Part shown: piece by piece, positions 1 through 12,609 of the stretch
How positions within the stretch are numbered: the stretch's first letter is position 1
Layout of the letters: every line of letters starts with the position of its first letter
DNA from: Octopus bimaculoides
Lineage: Eukaryota
Assembly (NCBI RefSeq): GCF_001194135.2
Contig: NC_068998.1
Location: forward strand, 50,583,954-50,639,383
Direction of reading: 5' to 3'
Length of the DNA stretch: 55,430 nt
Made by a program: the position numbers and the translations under genes
The notes under the pieces: model-generated
Databases searched by the model: none
What the model saw: only the letters and a program-made list of their open reading frames with translations
What the model was told of the DNA's origin: nothing

Positions 1-44
1 TATATATATGGTATGTATATGTTTGTATTTTTTATCTTTTGCAT

Positions 45-199
45 ATTTCAGTCATTAGATTGCGGCCATGCTGGGGCACCATCTTGAAGAAGTTTTAACT
101 TAATAAATCGACACCGGTACTTATTTTTTGTTAAGTCTGGTACTTACTGTATCGGAGTGTTTTTGCCTAGCTGCTAAGTTACGAGAACTTATAACACCA
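45..199 (-). mobile_element. SINE family B, 3' half (degenerate)
   Basis: Reverse complement matches the 3' part of the full copy at 27747-28140 (...ccagcatggccgcaatctaatgactgaaa). Confidence 0.75.
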
Positions 200-211
200 A
201 GTTCTCCCACC

Positions 212-650
212 GGTGATATTCAACTCAAAGATTTCAATAAGCCTAATTAGTTTACTACCTATAAAACCGACGGTAAAATCTATTTCCTGAGACGCATCTG
301 GCCAGGTGAGATTATTTGTAACAAGGTTCGAAACATTTGTACAGAATTAAGTATTTCGGTTTCACAAAACAAGCTTTCCACAAATCATCTGTAAAAAAAA
401 AGCTCTGCTTTCTATAGAGAGGAAACTGGAAATATAGTGCTGGAAATTCAAGTTGATCTTCGTAGCACTTATATAAAGGTCAAAATTTATGTTGTGAATA
501 ACAAAGACCAAAGGTTTTTCCACTCATTTCCGCTATCGTGGGTCAACGTAGGGTAGGCCTTGCTAGCCCTTTGTATGGTGCTGAAAACCAGCCAATATCT
601 GATATTTTGGAGAAAGAATTCCACACAATCATAATGGACGAGGGGCGACC
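212..650 (+). pseudogene. Degenerate Ty3/gypsy-like pol relic (protease C-half and linker), tentative
   Basis: Frame 212-553 runs about 114 codons with 2 internal stops (...GNIVLEIQVDLRSTYIKVKIYVVNNKDQRFFHSFPLSW). It is followed in another frame by QPISDILEKEFHTII, resembling the retroviral-type protease/RT linker. The catalytic DTG is not visible. Confidence 0.35.
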
Positions 651-655
651 GTATA

Positions 656-690
656 CAGGGTGATCCGAAAATCTTGCCACCCTCTACCGA
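656..690 (+). mobile_element. Isolated Tc1/mariner-type TIR
   Basis: TA followed by CAGGGTGATCCGAAAA; no partner TIR found. Confidence 0.35.
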
Positions 691-724
691 AAATTAATAA
701 GAACAATAGAGGAACAATATAATA

Positions 725-793
725 ATTCTTTTCTACATTAAGCACAAGGCCCGAAATTTTGTGTGAGGCGGCCGGTCGATTAGGTCGACCCCA

Positions 794-795
<2 letters not shown>
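725..795 (-). mobile_element. SINE family A, 3' end
   Basis: Reverse complement of tactggggtcgacctaatcgac...aaatttcgggccttgtgcttaatgtagaaaagaa matches the 3' end of 1926-2142. Confidence 0.8.
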
Positions 796-846
<51 letters not shown>

Positions 847-912
847 TTTTATCGTCATCATCATCAACCTCATCACTGTTTTTATGAGGATATTAATGAT
901 GATGATGACGAC

Positions 913-950
<38 letters not shown>

Positions 951-1020
951 GAATTATTATTATTATTATTATCATCATCATCTTGTTCTTCTTGTTGTCG
1001 GTGGTGGTAGTGGTGGTTAA
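795..1020. repeat. Compound trinucleotide microsatellite (TAA/CAT/GAT/TTA/GGT)
   Basis: Directly visible. Confidence 0.95.
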
Positions 1021-1412
1021 ATTTTTCATTCCATCTTTTTTCAGATCCGTTACATATGCTGTTTTCATATTGATAACAAAACAGAATATGTAGTTTATTT
1101 CTTTTGTTAATAATTTATAATATATTTGCATCATTTCCTCTTTCTCCTCCCAAAAATCATCTAAAGAAATTATCTGAATAAAATGCCCATATATAGTCAT
1201 TCCAAAGAAGCAGAAATAATACATTTTCATTTTCATGGCATTTCTAAGATATTAAATTAATATTCTTAAACTATTTGCAAGACATTCTCTAAAATATTTA
1301 TCAAATATATAAATGCTTCTATATACATACGTAAATGCCTGTATGTGTGTTATTTGGCTGTCTCCACATTTACATATACATAAGTATGTATGTATGTATG
1401 TATGTATGTATG

Positions 1413-1453
<41 letters not shown>

Positions 1454-1925
1454 NNNNNNNNNNNNNNNNNNNNNNNNNNNNNNNNNNNNNNNNNNNNNNN
1501 NNNNNNNNNNNNNNNNNNNNNNNNNNNNNNNNNNNNNNNNNNNNNNNNNNNNNNNNNNNNNNNNNNNNNNNNNNNNNNNNNNNNNNNNNNNNNNNNNNNN
1601 NNNNNNNNNNNNNNNNNNNNNNNNNNNNNNNNNNNNNNNNNNNNNNNNNNNNNNNNNNNNNNNNNNNNNNNNNNNNNNNNNNNNNNNNNNNNNNNNNNNN
1701 NNNNNNTGGCAATATTCATTTCACTTGTATAATATTTCTTAAACTATCTGAAATAACTTATATAAAGGGAATTTTGGGTTTTGGGGTGTTGGTATTCCTC
1801 AAAATAATTCAGGAATATATATATTTTTTAATGAAATTTATGTTAATTAAAATCTTTGAAGAATTGTCGATGATTCATGTTGTGATGAAGGTTATTTTAA
1901 CTGGTAATAGTGATAACTTCCGGAA

Positions 1926-2142
1926 GGCGACGAGCTGGCAGAAACGTTAGCACGCCGGGCGAAATGCTTAGCGGAATTTCGTCTGTCTTTACGTTCTGAG
2001 TTCAAATTCCGCCGTGGTCGACTTTACATTTCATCATTTCGGGGTCGATAAATTAAGTACAAGTTGTGTACGGGAGTCGATCTAATCGACTGGGCCCCGT
2101 CCCACAAAATTTCTGGCCTTGTGCCTAGAGTAGAAAATAATA
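1926..2142 (+). mobile_element. tRNA-derived SINE family A, full length
   Basis: A-box-like TGGCAGAAACG and B-box-like GTTCAAATTCC, then body ggggtcgataaattaagtac and tail gtagaaaataata. More than ten copies in the window. Octopus OK/OR1/OR2 SINEs are known, but the exact family was not assigned. Confidence 0.9.
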
Positions 2143-2710
2143 GCGATAGCTTCCGGGTTTTGGCGACGGCGGAGGAAGCTTTATGGTGTAGTTGATGGCG
2201 TTTAGGCGACGGCAGTGGTGTTGGTGCTGTTGGTGGTGGTGGTGTCGTTGCGGGTAATAGAATGGCGATAGTCATACAGTAACAGAAACGATGCTTCGCA
2301 GAAACCTCCATGTATATATAATATATAACCAGCGCGTGTTTGCAATTTTGTGTATATAGGTGTGTGTGAACAAGAGTGTATAGCAGCGGGTGTGCATAGT
2401 GTGTGTGTGTGTAGTTTATAGTTGTTAGCACAGCGGGAAATGATTCTTTAAAGCATTCTCCGTCTTGCTATTCGGATATTGGCAAGATATATTCAAATAA
2501 AATTCCTGTGCATCGTCTTGGCACAAGACCCAAACAAAAAACTGGCTAAAATTCAACAGTAACGGTGGATGGTTAGGCTACTGAGGGATGACGGTCTCAC
2601 ACTGCATATAAATATATGCGGAGCAGTAGTGCAATAGTAGTGTACAAAGTATATGTTGCTAGTATACTATTGGTGTACTACGGGTGTATTAGATGTACGC
2701 TGGTGAAATA

Positions 2711-2936
2711 CAGTGTTGTCCAAATGTCACCCAACAGTAAATCAAAATTCTGTAAATATTTGATATTCATTTTTATTTTATTCTTTCCAATTATGAATGT
2801 TTAACAATTGAATGCTGTGAGATACAACCACCATTTATTTAGATGCTTTTATTAAATTCATGGAGATATTGAACATTAATAAATCTTGGAATTAAATGGT
2901 TATGATTGACTGTCAGGTGACTTTTGACTAACCCTG
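2711..2936. mobile_element. Tc1/mariner-type MITE (~226 bp)
   Basis: Imperfect TIRs of about 30 bp: cagtgttgtccaaatgtcacccaacagtaaatc versus the reverse complement of the right end, cagggttagtcaaaagtcacctgacagtcaatc. Flanked by TA on the left and TG on the right. Confidence 0.7.
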
Positions 2937-2944
2937 TGTATATG

Positions 2945-2985
<41 letters not shown>

Positions 2986-3228
2986 AGAAAACAAAAAAAA
3001 TGGAACAAGAACATAACAGGTGACAACATGACATCCGGACAGTTAGACGATACAAAAAAGGACAGGAAAAACATAGACGGGTCATTCGGAGCTTCATATC
3101 CTCAGTCGAGTTCCAGATAGTCTTTGCAGTTTCGGTCGGTTATGTATAATTGTATGTATGTATGTATATTACTTAGGTAATTTAGATTGGTTTCGGCAAT
3201 GATCGACCCAGGTCGTTTTTTTCCCTTA

Positions 3229-3352
3229 TATACGAGTTTATAGGTTGACTCACATACTCTCATGGAATATGAACAAATAAGGTTTATTTTTCAACATAGT
3301 CCCTCTTGTGGGCCACACACTTCCTCATATATATATATATATATATATAGAT

Positions 3353-3404
<52 letters not shown>

Positions 3405-3460
3405 GTCTTTATATATTTCATATGTTTCCGCTGCAGTGCCCTTTTCGGTATACTTTCCTA
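3229..3460 (-). mobile_element. mariner transposase 3' end relic interrupted by (TA)n
   Basis: Minus strand 3325-3284 reads [13 protein letters not shown], matching the mariner C-terminal WxKCVxxxGDYVEK* motif. A TACGAG-type terminus lies at 3229. Confidence 0.55.
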
Positions 3461-3959
3461 ACTCAATCGCAGTTCAATAGAAAACACTGATATATTTACC
3501 TCCTTCCATAAATTACTATGAATTACCATCAGTTTCTTTAATCTTGCTCTCGTAATTTATAGTTTAGTTGTTTCGTTTTTTTTTCTCTCTATACTGACGA
3601 TTTGGTTCCGATATTGCACAAGCACGATATTGTAGAAACACATTTCATTTAAACAAATGAGTTTGTTCGAATGGTTTTTGTGTCTCTATCTTTTTTTTTT
3701 CCCTCGTGATAGGGCACAATGGAGATTTATATTAAACTCTAAAACAGATATTTGTGAGTTTTCAGATTTAGCAATTGCACCAAATGTTTTTTGGGGTTTT
3801 TTTTTGCGGTAATTCCAATTTGGATGTTGCCTTTGCTAATATACATTCACTATTTAGTATGCTTCTTATACTGACTTAACTTTTGAGTTCATAGTTTTTG
3901 ACTTCTTTCACATTTAAACTTAAACGAACTTTCCCCATTGTAATCTTGAGAGGATTTAC

Positions 3960-5200
3960 ACCTTTGCAAACTTTCCAATATTTATTGCCAGCGACTAAAT
4001 AAAACCACAGATTTAAAGCATTGTAAAGCACTGCTTAAAATCTTAAGAGACATGGCCAACAGTCATATCTTGCTAATAATACAAATGAACAACAAATATA
4101 CAATATCGGAAGATAATCTAAATTCTAACAGGCGAGGTTCTTAAAACTTAGGAAAAGGCAAGACCTAATGCATATTGTGAAGCAAAAATCTCAGCCACAC
4201 TATTAAACAAAATACAAACGATATTCTTAAAGGGCCACAAATACATTTATTTCATTTCCAAAAGTAGCCTTATAAAGACGGGTAAAAATATACAGAAAAT
4301 GATTCATAACAGAATATGTCTTTCAATAGTTCATCCAGGCCTACACCCCTAACCACTCTCTCCTTCCCTATATATTAAGTATGTATAGGCGTAGGCGTGG
4401 CTGTGTATTAAGTAGCTTGCTTCCCAACTATTGCATTTTGGAATGTTGGGCAAGTGTTTCTGCTATACTGGTGGTCGACCAGTGCATCACTCCCAGAAGA
4501 GGACATCAACGGTGGTCCGGCACCACTTTGTCGGACCTTCCTACTCGCTTCTCTCCGCCACTACTCACACCATTCATTCTATAAAACATCTTATTGAGGT
4601 GGAATCTGAGCATTATTCATGAGACTCAGTATGATAAGCATTAATTTAATATTTAAAGGACAGCATTGATGTCCAAGATAGAAAGGAAGATGCTTTGGCT
4701 AATTTAGTCAGCTATCACTTGTCTTGATATAATCTCTAATCAATTCCATACGCAAATCGGTAGAAATCAACTACATGACAAATACCGAATTTGAACTCTT
4801 AACAAACCTACTTTTAAAGGAGAGAGGCAAAGAATAATGAAAAATCTTTTAATTATATTGAGTTAATGACAGTTATTAATCATATGTATCAGGATCAGAA
4901 ATCTTTGCAATAACAGTGGTTTATTAATGTGCTAATCTAATTCACGCCCGTACGGTGTGATAGAAGCTTTAGTATGAGAAGCAAAATAGGATATCCCTGC
5001 TGGTCTTCCTTGTGTTATATGAATGCGAGATAGAGACACTTAATATGAAGACACTGTGAAAGTTATCGGCAGGGCAAGTCAGATACTATTACAACGTGTT
5101 AATCATTTCATATTTGAACCACATAAATTATTAGTTTCAGAAGAACCTTCAAACACGCCATGAACCACGTAAAAACATACGGTAACGTGGCAAAAAAACT
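3960..5200 (+). mobile_element. Very degenerate LINE relic (L1/Tx1-like), tentative, with a SINE B head inserted at 4388-4481
   Basis: A-rich sense strand. A frameshifted C-x2-C...ET..H...C knuckle-like stretch occurs near 5011-5062. No intact ORF. Confidence 0.25.
4388..4481 (+). mobile_element. SINE family B, 5' head (degenerate)
   Basis: aggcgtggctgtgtattaagtagcttgcttcccaac...ttgggcaagtgtttctgctata matches the head of 27747-28140. Confidence 0.7.
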
Positions 5201-5569
5201 GTTACTTGATGGCCAAGTAATAAGATCCACTCTCTTGCTAAGTGCATTTTTCAAGGATTCATGACTGCGAAGAGCAAAGGATAAAGTAAGAATTCATTTA
5301 CTGATGCCAGAGCGTTCTCGTCAGCCCTAAGTCAAGGGTGAAGATTTGTATGTTATGTGTCACGAAGGCGCCCCTAAACTTCCAGTAGAAACTGAAGTTT
5401 AATCAAACACCTTTCTATCTGTCTTGGTATTTATCAATCTGTCGATGATTAATTATTTTGAGATGTTATTATCACGAAAGAAAAGAAAATTGTAATACTG
5501 TATATAGAAGAATATAGAATACTATTCGCTTCGACATTAGAAACACAGAATTATCAATTTCTTCCTTCA

Positions 5570-5900
5570 CCTCATCATCATCACCATTAACAGCAGCAGC
5601 AACAACAAAAACAACAACAACGACGTCTTTATCTCCCCTTCTCAGCATCTTCACCAAAATCATCATCGTCACCATCTTTGTCAGCGTCATCGTCGTTACA
5701 ACTATCTCCACCAACGACATCATAATCAGCATCATCATGAAAATTATCAACAGCAAGATCAAAGCCATCATCATCATCATCATCATCACCACCACCACCA
5801 CCACCACCATCATCATCATCGACATCATCACCACCTTTAACACTATCACCAATTACAATCACCATTACCATCATCTTCCCCACCACCACCAACACCAACC
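5570..5900. repeat. Degenerate CAT/CAC/CAA trinucleotide array
   Basis: Directly visible. Confidence 0.9.
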
Positions 5901-6470
5901 TAATTAGCAAGAAACTTTCTACTCTCACCCCACCAACATCATGACCCACCCCCAACCGCTTTCCTATAGTGCCACTAAGTATATGTGACACGCCAACGCA
6001 ATAACGTATAATCGCCTGTCGTGNNNNNNNNNNNNNNNNNNNNNNNNNNNNNNNNNNNNNNNNNNNNNNNNNNNNNNNNNNNNNNNNNNNNNNNNNNNNN
6101 NNNNNNNNNNNNNNNNNNNNNNNNNNNNNNNNNNNNNNNNNNNNNNNNNNNNNNNNNNNNNNNNNNNNNNNNNNNNNNNNNNNNNNNNNNNNNNNNNNNN
6201 NNNNNNNNNNNNNNNNNNNNNNNNNNNNNNNNNNNNNNNNNNNNNNNNNNNNNNNNNNNNNNNNNNNNNNNNNNNNNNNNNNNNNNNNNNNNNNNNNNNN
6301 NNNNNNNNNNNNNNNNNNNNNNNNNNNNNNNNNNNNNNNNNNNNNNNNNNNNNNNNNNNNNNNNNNNNNNNNNNNNNNNNNNNNNNNNNNNNNNNNNNNN
6401 NNNNNNNNNNNNNNNNNNNNNNNNNAGAGAGAAAGAGAGAAAGAGAGAGACACACAGATAATTGACTTGC

Positions 6471-6510
<40 letters not shown>

Positions 6511-6660
6511 AACATACACACATACATACATACATACATACATACATACTTACATACATACATATATAGATGGAAAAGACTATCATCCAGTTCTTTGCAT
6601 TGCTAGTTCGAATACTACTGAAGACAACCTTACCTTACCTTGTATGTTTATGAGATGACA

Positions 6661-6726
6661 AAATAAGTATCACTTGGGTGCTGGGGGGTCGATAGAATTA
6701 ACTGGGTCCCTCCCACCAAAATTTCT
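6661..6726 (+). mobile_element. SINE family A, 3' fragment
   Basis: aataagtatc...ggggtcgatagaattaactgggtccctccc...aaaatttctg. Confidence 0.55.
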
Positions 6727-7279
6727 GATAATGTAACCCGCATGCAACTCTTGCTGGAAAGCACAGAGCTTCATTTCTGCAGTAGTTTCCATAATTGGAT
6801 AAATGTAATTAGCGAATTGTCTTCAACACTGAATTGGTATATTACTCTTACGTGTATAACACAGAGCAAGTAAAATCTTTGAAACAGAGTATGATACCAT
6901 TGGTCTCATGTAATATCGAATAATATCAACATCTTATTTTCTATTGCTGGACGCCACTAAATACAAATATCTAAATAACTTTGCCGAACCTACGATAACG
7001 AACAAATATAAACGGGAAACAACATCACTGACGCTGTATTGTTTGATGGAGTAAGTGTTGTGTTATCAAGATGTCAGTGTTGTAGCTTTTTGTAAATGTG
7101 CCAGAACTTTTCTGACATTTTAATGAATAGCTTTCCGTATTTAGTTTCGGATTTACGCAGGAGTGGTATTAGATGTAGTTCGATTGTTAAATAACAATGA
7201 AGTCAGTTTTTGCCATCATCCGAAGCTGCCTGAAATGTTCTGAAGGACCTAAATTTACGGCGAGGCTAAAATTTGTATG

Positions 7280-7359
7280 AATATGTAAATTTATTTACTA
7301 ATAGGAATATGTAAATTTATTATTACTAATAGGAATATGTAAATTTATTTACTAATAGG
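7280..7359. repeat. Minisatellite, 3 x 26-28 bp (aatatgtaaatttatttactaatagg)
   Basis: Units at 7280-7305, 7306-7333 (+2 nt) and 7334-7359. Confidence 0.9.
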
Positions 7360-7479
7360 AAAATATCGGATATTTTTTTTTAAATGTTTTAACTTTGATG
7401 CATTAAATAGCTATAAATAATTATTTTGTTGGGACAGCACAATATTTTTCTGCGACAAATAATATTTCTTTAATTTGAG

Positions 7480-7634
7480 ACATATTTGTGGGACAACTCT
7501 GGACATGATCGTAACTGATACTTATTCAATCGACCCCAAAAAGGATAAAAGTCAAAGTCAACCTCAGTGGAATTTGAACTCGAAACATAAGGACAGACAA
7601 AATGCGCTAAAGATTTCGCCCGGCGTGCGAACCA
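7480..7634 (-). mobile_element. SINE family A (degenerate, near full length)
   Basis: The reverse complement carries the ggcggcgcgg...gcacgccgggcgaaat head, gagttcaaattcc B box and ggggtcgat body. Confidence 0.8.
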
Positions 7635-8463
7635 TTCTAATACCGCGCCGCCTTTAACGCTTATGAAAGAATGAAAAGAGAACTATTTTCGTCTAAGAAT
7701 GATCTTTAACATTTGTTTTGTGGAGCTGGAATCTCTTACAGATCCTGCTTTTGTATCTTTAACAGAACTCTGTGACACACAAACTCTCAGTTCAAAATAT
7801 TTGTCTTGATTTGTTTGTATTTTCTATAGTTTGTCTGTTTGTGTGTTTTGTTTATGATTTAATGTGTTTTTTTTCTGTTGCTTTGACTGTTTTCTTCTAA
7901 TCCAAACATGGATAAACCAAGACACCAGTAGCTTTTAGCATCTCGTAGCTAGAGTTTTATTCAGCTTTCACACGTACTTTTTCTTTAAGTCTCAAAGTGT
8001 GTCCTAAACAAAAAAAAAGAAGGAAGAAATGAAACTAAAGTAATTATTTGCCCATACAATAGAAGCAGGAAGAAGAAAATAAAATGCTGAAAAATTGTTA
8101 AAAGTTAAATGAGAAACGAAGTCAACTGAAGATAGGTTGTAGATGAATGACTTGTGTTTACCAATGTGGAATCAAGAGGTATGCTAATAACGAAGCTGAA
8201 TAAAAATTTTGAAAGAAAAACATACAGTCAATTTGAATAGAATTTTCGAGAGGCAAAAGAAATGAACAATAATACTCTGTTGACCAGTTAGATTCTAAGC
8301 TGCAGGCTTCAGTGCTTAAGAATCTGTAGAGTTATTGAATTTATATTGCAATATAAAGCATTAGATTTTCATCACGTTCACAAGTACAGTTTGTCAATTT
8401 GCCAAGGGCCATACAATGAAAGCTATAATAAGGAATCGTTCAAAGTTTTATTTTTTTCTTCTC

Positions 8464-8464
8464 A

Positions 8465-8523
<59 letters not shown>

Positions 8524-8970
8524 CACTACCACCACTACTAACGGTGCTGCTGCCTTCAGATGCTACTACGGCTGTTATTATTGTTTATATTATTAATTAT
8601 CATCATCATCATCATCATCACCATCATCACCATCATCATAATCCTGGGACTTATCCATATCATTATTATTGTTATTCAATTATACATTTTCTATGGTTTT
8701 TATTACAATCATTACCATCACTGCAGTCATCATCATCATCATCATCACCATCATCCGCCTCCACCTGCTCCTTCTCCTCCTCCTCCTCCTCCTCATCATC
8801 ATCATCGTCCTCATCATCATCGTCATCATCATCATCGTCATCATCATCATCGTCATCACCATCTGCCTCCTCTTCATCATCATCATCATCATCATCATCA
8901 TTATCAACATCATCTTCACCAACATCGTTGTCATCCATTTTGCTGCTATTTTGTTGTTGTTGCTGCTGTT
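8464..8970. repeat. Compound CTA/CAT/CTC/TTG microsatellite
   Basis: Directly visible; source of the poly-L/H/S ORF-track entries. Confidence 0.95.
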
Positions 8971-9213
8971 GCTACTCCTCTTCGTGTTGGTTTTCATAAA
9001 AAAACAAAGAAATTTCAAAAGGATTTTCGCATTTTAGGAAAACACGAAACAGTTGGCTCAACACTGAGTTGATAAGAATTCTTAATGGTCTTTTCCTTGG
9101 ATTTTTTCTCGTAAATCAAACAAAATAACATCGATTAAACAGCGATAAAAAAAATCACTAAAACTAAATAAAATAAAAACAGCACATAATAATAATTATA
9201 ACAAAGACTGTGA

Positions 9214-9412
9214 TGTTGGCAGAGTCGTTAGAAGGCCTGGCGAAACGCATCTGTCTTTACGTCCTAGGATCAAATTCCGCCGAGATCAACTTTGCCTTTC
9301 ATCCTTTCGTGGTCGATAAATTAAGTACCAGTTATGTAGTGGGATCGATCTAATCGACTGGCCCTCTCCCCCAGAAATTTCGGGCATTGTGCCAAGAGTA
9401 GAAAAGAATATT
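9214..9412 (+). mobile_element. SINE family A (copy 1 of head-to-tail triplet)
   Basis: Aligns to 1926-2142, with a short deletion in the head. Confidence 0.85.
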
Positions 9413-9416
9413 TCAA

Positions 9417-9634
9417 GGTGGCGAGCTGGCAGAGTCGTTAGCAGGCCGGCCAAAATGCTTAGCGCTATTTCGTTTGTTTTTACATTCTGAATTCAAATTC
9501 CGCAGAGATTGACTTTGCTTTTCATCCTTTCTTGGTCGATGAATTAAGTAACAGTTACTTACTGGGGTTGATCTAATCGACTTGCCCCTTCCCGCAAAAT
9601 TTCGGGACTTGTACCTAGAGTAGAAAAGAATATT
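9417..9634 (+). mobile_element. SINE family A (copy 2, full length)
   Basis: Aligns end to end with 1926-2142. Confidence 0.9.
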
Positions 9635-9647
9635 TTATTATGACTGA

Positions 9648-9732
9648 GACGGCGAGCTGGCAGAAGCGCTAGCACGCCGGGCGAAATGCGTAGCGGTATT
9701 TCGTGTGCCGCTACGTTCTGAGTTCAAATTCC
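9648..9732 (+). mobile_element. SINE family A (copy 3, tRNA head only)
   Basis: ggcgagctggcagaagcgctagcacgccgggcg...gttctgagttcaaattcc; ends just after the B box. Confidence 0.85.
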
Positions 9733-10443
9733 CTGTTGTCTAGGTTTTCATTTATTAAGGTCATTTGAATATTTTACCAATGGAAAAATTTTCTTTAGCA
9801 GGATCGATGTCGAAACGGAACGCCAAACATTTTTGTCTTCTAAGGAACCAGATTTTTCTTCCTTTTTTTCTCTTCTTTTATTTTGCCTGTGGAATCAGAA
9901 AACTAGTTTCGAAGACGGAAAATTATTATGGCTGACGATGGCATTTATACATTTTACTGAACGAATGCATTTACAAGATGTTTCATGCTGATTTGAACTC
10001 ATAACCTGAAATGCGAACATTAGTTATCGGTACTCTAATACATACAGATATACAAATATTTGTGTGCACGTGTGCATGTGTGTGAGTGCATTTGTGAATG
10101 TATGTATGCTTGCATATATGTAGGTATATGCGTATGCATGCATGCATATATATATATGTATGAGAATGTATGTATGTATGTATGTATGTATGTATGTATA
10201 TATGTATGTATGTATATATGTGTGTGTGTAGCATTACCTACGTTCTTGATTTTTCTATATTTTCCCTTCAAAAGCAAATCTCTTAACGCCATCATCCTTA
10301 AAATAGCGATCTTGCATCACCTGCATGTCTCTAGCTTATCAAAGAGAAGATCGAAACGAAATTTGTAATTATTGGAACTTCGTCTTATTCACTCCTGACA
10401 CGGATGTGCATTATTCCATAACAATCTGCTAGCATGCGATTAC

Positions 10444-10506
10444 TTGCAGATGGTGTGAAGGATTTTGGATTCAACAATTGCAACGCGTGAACGCGAAGGC
10501 ATTCAC
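10444..10506 (-). CDS. Candidate internal exon of an unidentified gene (63 nt, phase 1-1)
   Basis: Acceptor ttcattactgcatacag|G and donor GCAA|gtaatc. Only one frame is open: (G)ECLRVHALQLLNPKSFTPSA. CpG-richer than the background. No homology recognised. Confidence 0.2.
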
Positions 10507-10816
10507 CTGTATGCAGTAATGAAGTTGCATGTAGAGGTGTGACAAAGCTCCAAGGTAATTCGTAACAATACGGTAGAAGAAAAGAGAGTAAATGAATCTG
10601 GAAATAGCTTATGATATCTAAACTTAATCAAATGATTTAAAACAAAATCGCTACGAAATAAGACGGCGAATAAGACACTAAAATCGCGCGCAAATATAAC
10701 ATTATCGCTGCCATCAATATCAACATAACCACTGTCAGCTGACTGCAACAGTAGCCAATAGAAACGCAGCTTACATCGCCGCCACCATCAAGAGCATGTT
10801 TTAACGCCATCATATA

Positions 10817-10891
10817 TCTCTTTTACTCTTTTACTTATTTCAGTCATTTGATTGTGGCCATGCTGGAGCACCGCCTTTAGTCGAGCAAATC
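10817..10891 (-). mobile_element. SINE family B, 3' end
   Basis: ctcttttactcttttacttatttcagtcatttgattgtggccatgctggagcaccgcctttagtcgagcaaatc. Confidence 0.85.
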
Positions 10892-11358
10892 CTTTCAAAG
10901 AATGACTCTAAAACTAGTCTCTGGATGCAGGCTTTGCTGGGTGGAGGTGCTTACCCCCACCCGCTTTGAAAACCTAAGGAGACAGATAATGTGTCATGGC
11001 CAACTGGAAACGCTAGTAGCATTCTTCCTTTTCATGGGACTGTCACATTAAGTTGATAACATACCATCAGGATAAATACATAGATTTACATAGATGTATC
11101 TTACTCTGCAAAAATTTGAACATCACTTCTCCTGTAAACCGTCTGTGTAAATCACTACACTTTCGTCTGTCTATATCTATGGCTCTCTTTCCCACCCACT
11201 GTTTCTCTCTCTCTATCTATCTATATAGCTATCTATCTATCTCTCGCTTTCGCTCTATCTGAACACACGCCCACACAACACACATACAAACACGCACATA
11301 TATATTTACACACACACACACAAACAGACACACACACAAACACACGCACACACACACA

Positions 11359-11416
<58 letters not shown>

Positions 11417-11619
11417 NNNNNNNNNNNNNNNNNNNNNNNNNNNNNNNNNNNNNNNNNNNNNNNNNNNNNNNNNNNNNNNNNNNNNNNNNNNNNNNNNNNN
11501 NNNNNNNNNNNNNNNNNNNNNNNNNNNNNNNNNNNNNNNNNNNNNNNNNNNNNNNNNNNNNNNNNNNNNNNNNNNNNNNNNNNNNNNNNNNNNNNNNNNN
11601 NNNNNNNNNNNNNNNNNNN

Positions 11620-11675
<56 letters not shown>

Positions 11676-12375
11676 TAAGAAATATTTTCTTAAAATAAAT
11701 GATATTAATTCTCATGAAAATGTCTTGGAAAAAAGAATGACACGCAGATCGTGTCTTTCTGTTTTTCTAAAAAATTTTAACAACTTTAATAACTTTTATT
11801 TTAATAAAGTCTTTGTTCTAATATTGTGACTGCATTAAGTACTTTAGCAAAATGTATTAAATATATAATTGTGTCTGTATGTGTGTGTATGCGTGTGTGT
11901 GTGTGTGTATGTGTGTGTGTGTTCGTGTGTAAAGCATAAATATGCTTCTGCCAAAATTGGCCCCGGGCGTGTCTAAATGGCACCAGACTACAGAATCCAT
12001 TTTATCATTTTCAATTTAGTTTTTGTGGTATTATGGCCCATTCAATTGGAGTATTGTTGCGGACTGAGATGTATCCGTGTTCGTATATGTGTAATGTATT
12101 TTGCACATATTGTAATTGATCAATCGCTGGTTAATGATTCTCAGGTTATATCGTCGACTGTTATCCAACGTTAGGAGTGATAGATAATACTTAGCCGATC
12201 TCCTGCAAAGCGAATCGAGCTCGACACCACAAGCTTATGAAGCAGACCTTTTCACCGCGCCACAATGTTTGCATCCAATGTCATCTTATCGTTCTATCAA
12301 TTTCTGAAGCGCTGTCATGCAAACAATAAATGACGTGGTTGTAGTACATACGGAAACGATAGACTCGTTCGTGCA

Positions 12376-12592
12376 GGCGGCGAGCTGGCAGAAATGGCAG
12401 CACACCGGGCGAAATGCTTATCGGTATTTCGTCTGTCTTTAGGTTCTGTGTTCAAGTTCCGGCGAGGTCGACTTTGCCTTTCATTCTTTCGGGGTCGATA
12501 AATTAAGTACCAGTTGCGTACTGGGGTCCATCTAATCGAATGGCCCCCTTCTACAAAATTTTGGGCCTTGTGCTTAGAGTAGAAAAGGATAT
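12376..12592 (+). mobile_element. SINE family A, full length
   Basis: Aligns end to end with 1926-2142. Confidence 0.9.
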
Positions 12593-12609
12593 ATTTGTCT
12601 GTGTTTAAT

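Noticed and set aside
3080-3145. Minus-strand CUGAGGA...GAA with an upstream CCGAAAC, hammerhead-like
   Set aside because: No stem II closes between the core halves, and GAA is followed by U with no A-U stem III pair. It may be a repeat end, but no ribozyme fold can be drawn.
7280-7359. CRISPR-like direct repeats
   Set aside because: The units are contiguous with no spacers, the context is eukaryotic and there are no cas genes. It is an ordinary minisatellite.
10503-10748. 81-aa non-repetitive ORF (MQSADSGYVD...)
   Set aside because: It starts at TTG rather than ATG, and no domain was recognised. Its 3' end is better read as a splice acceptor for the 10444-10506 candidate.
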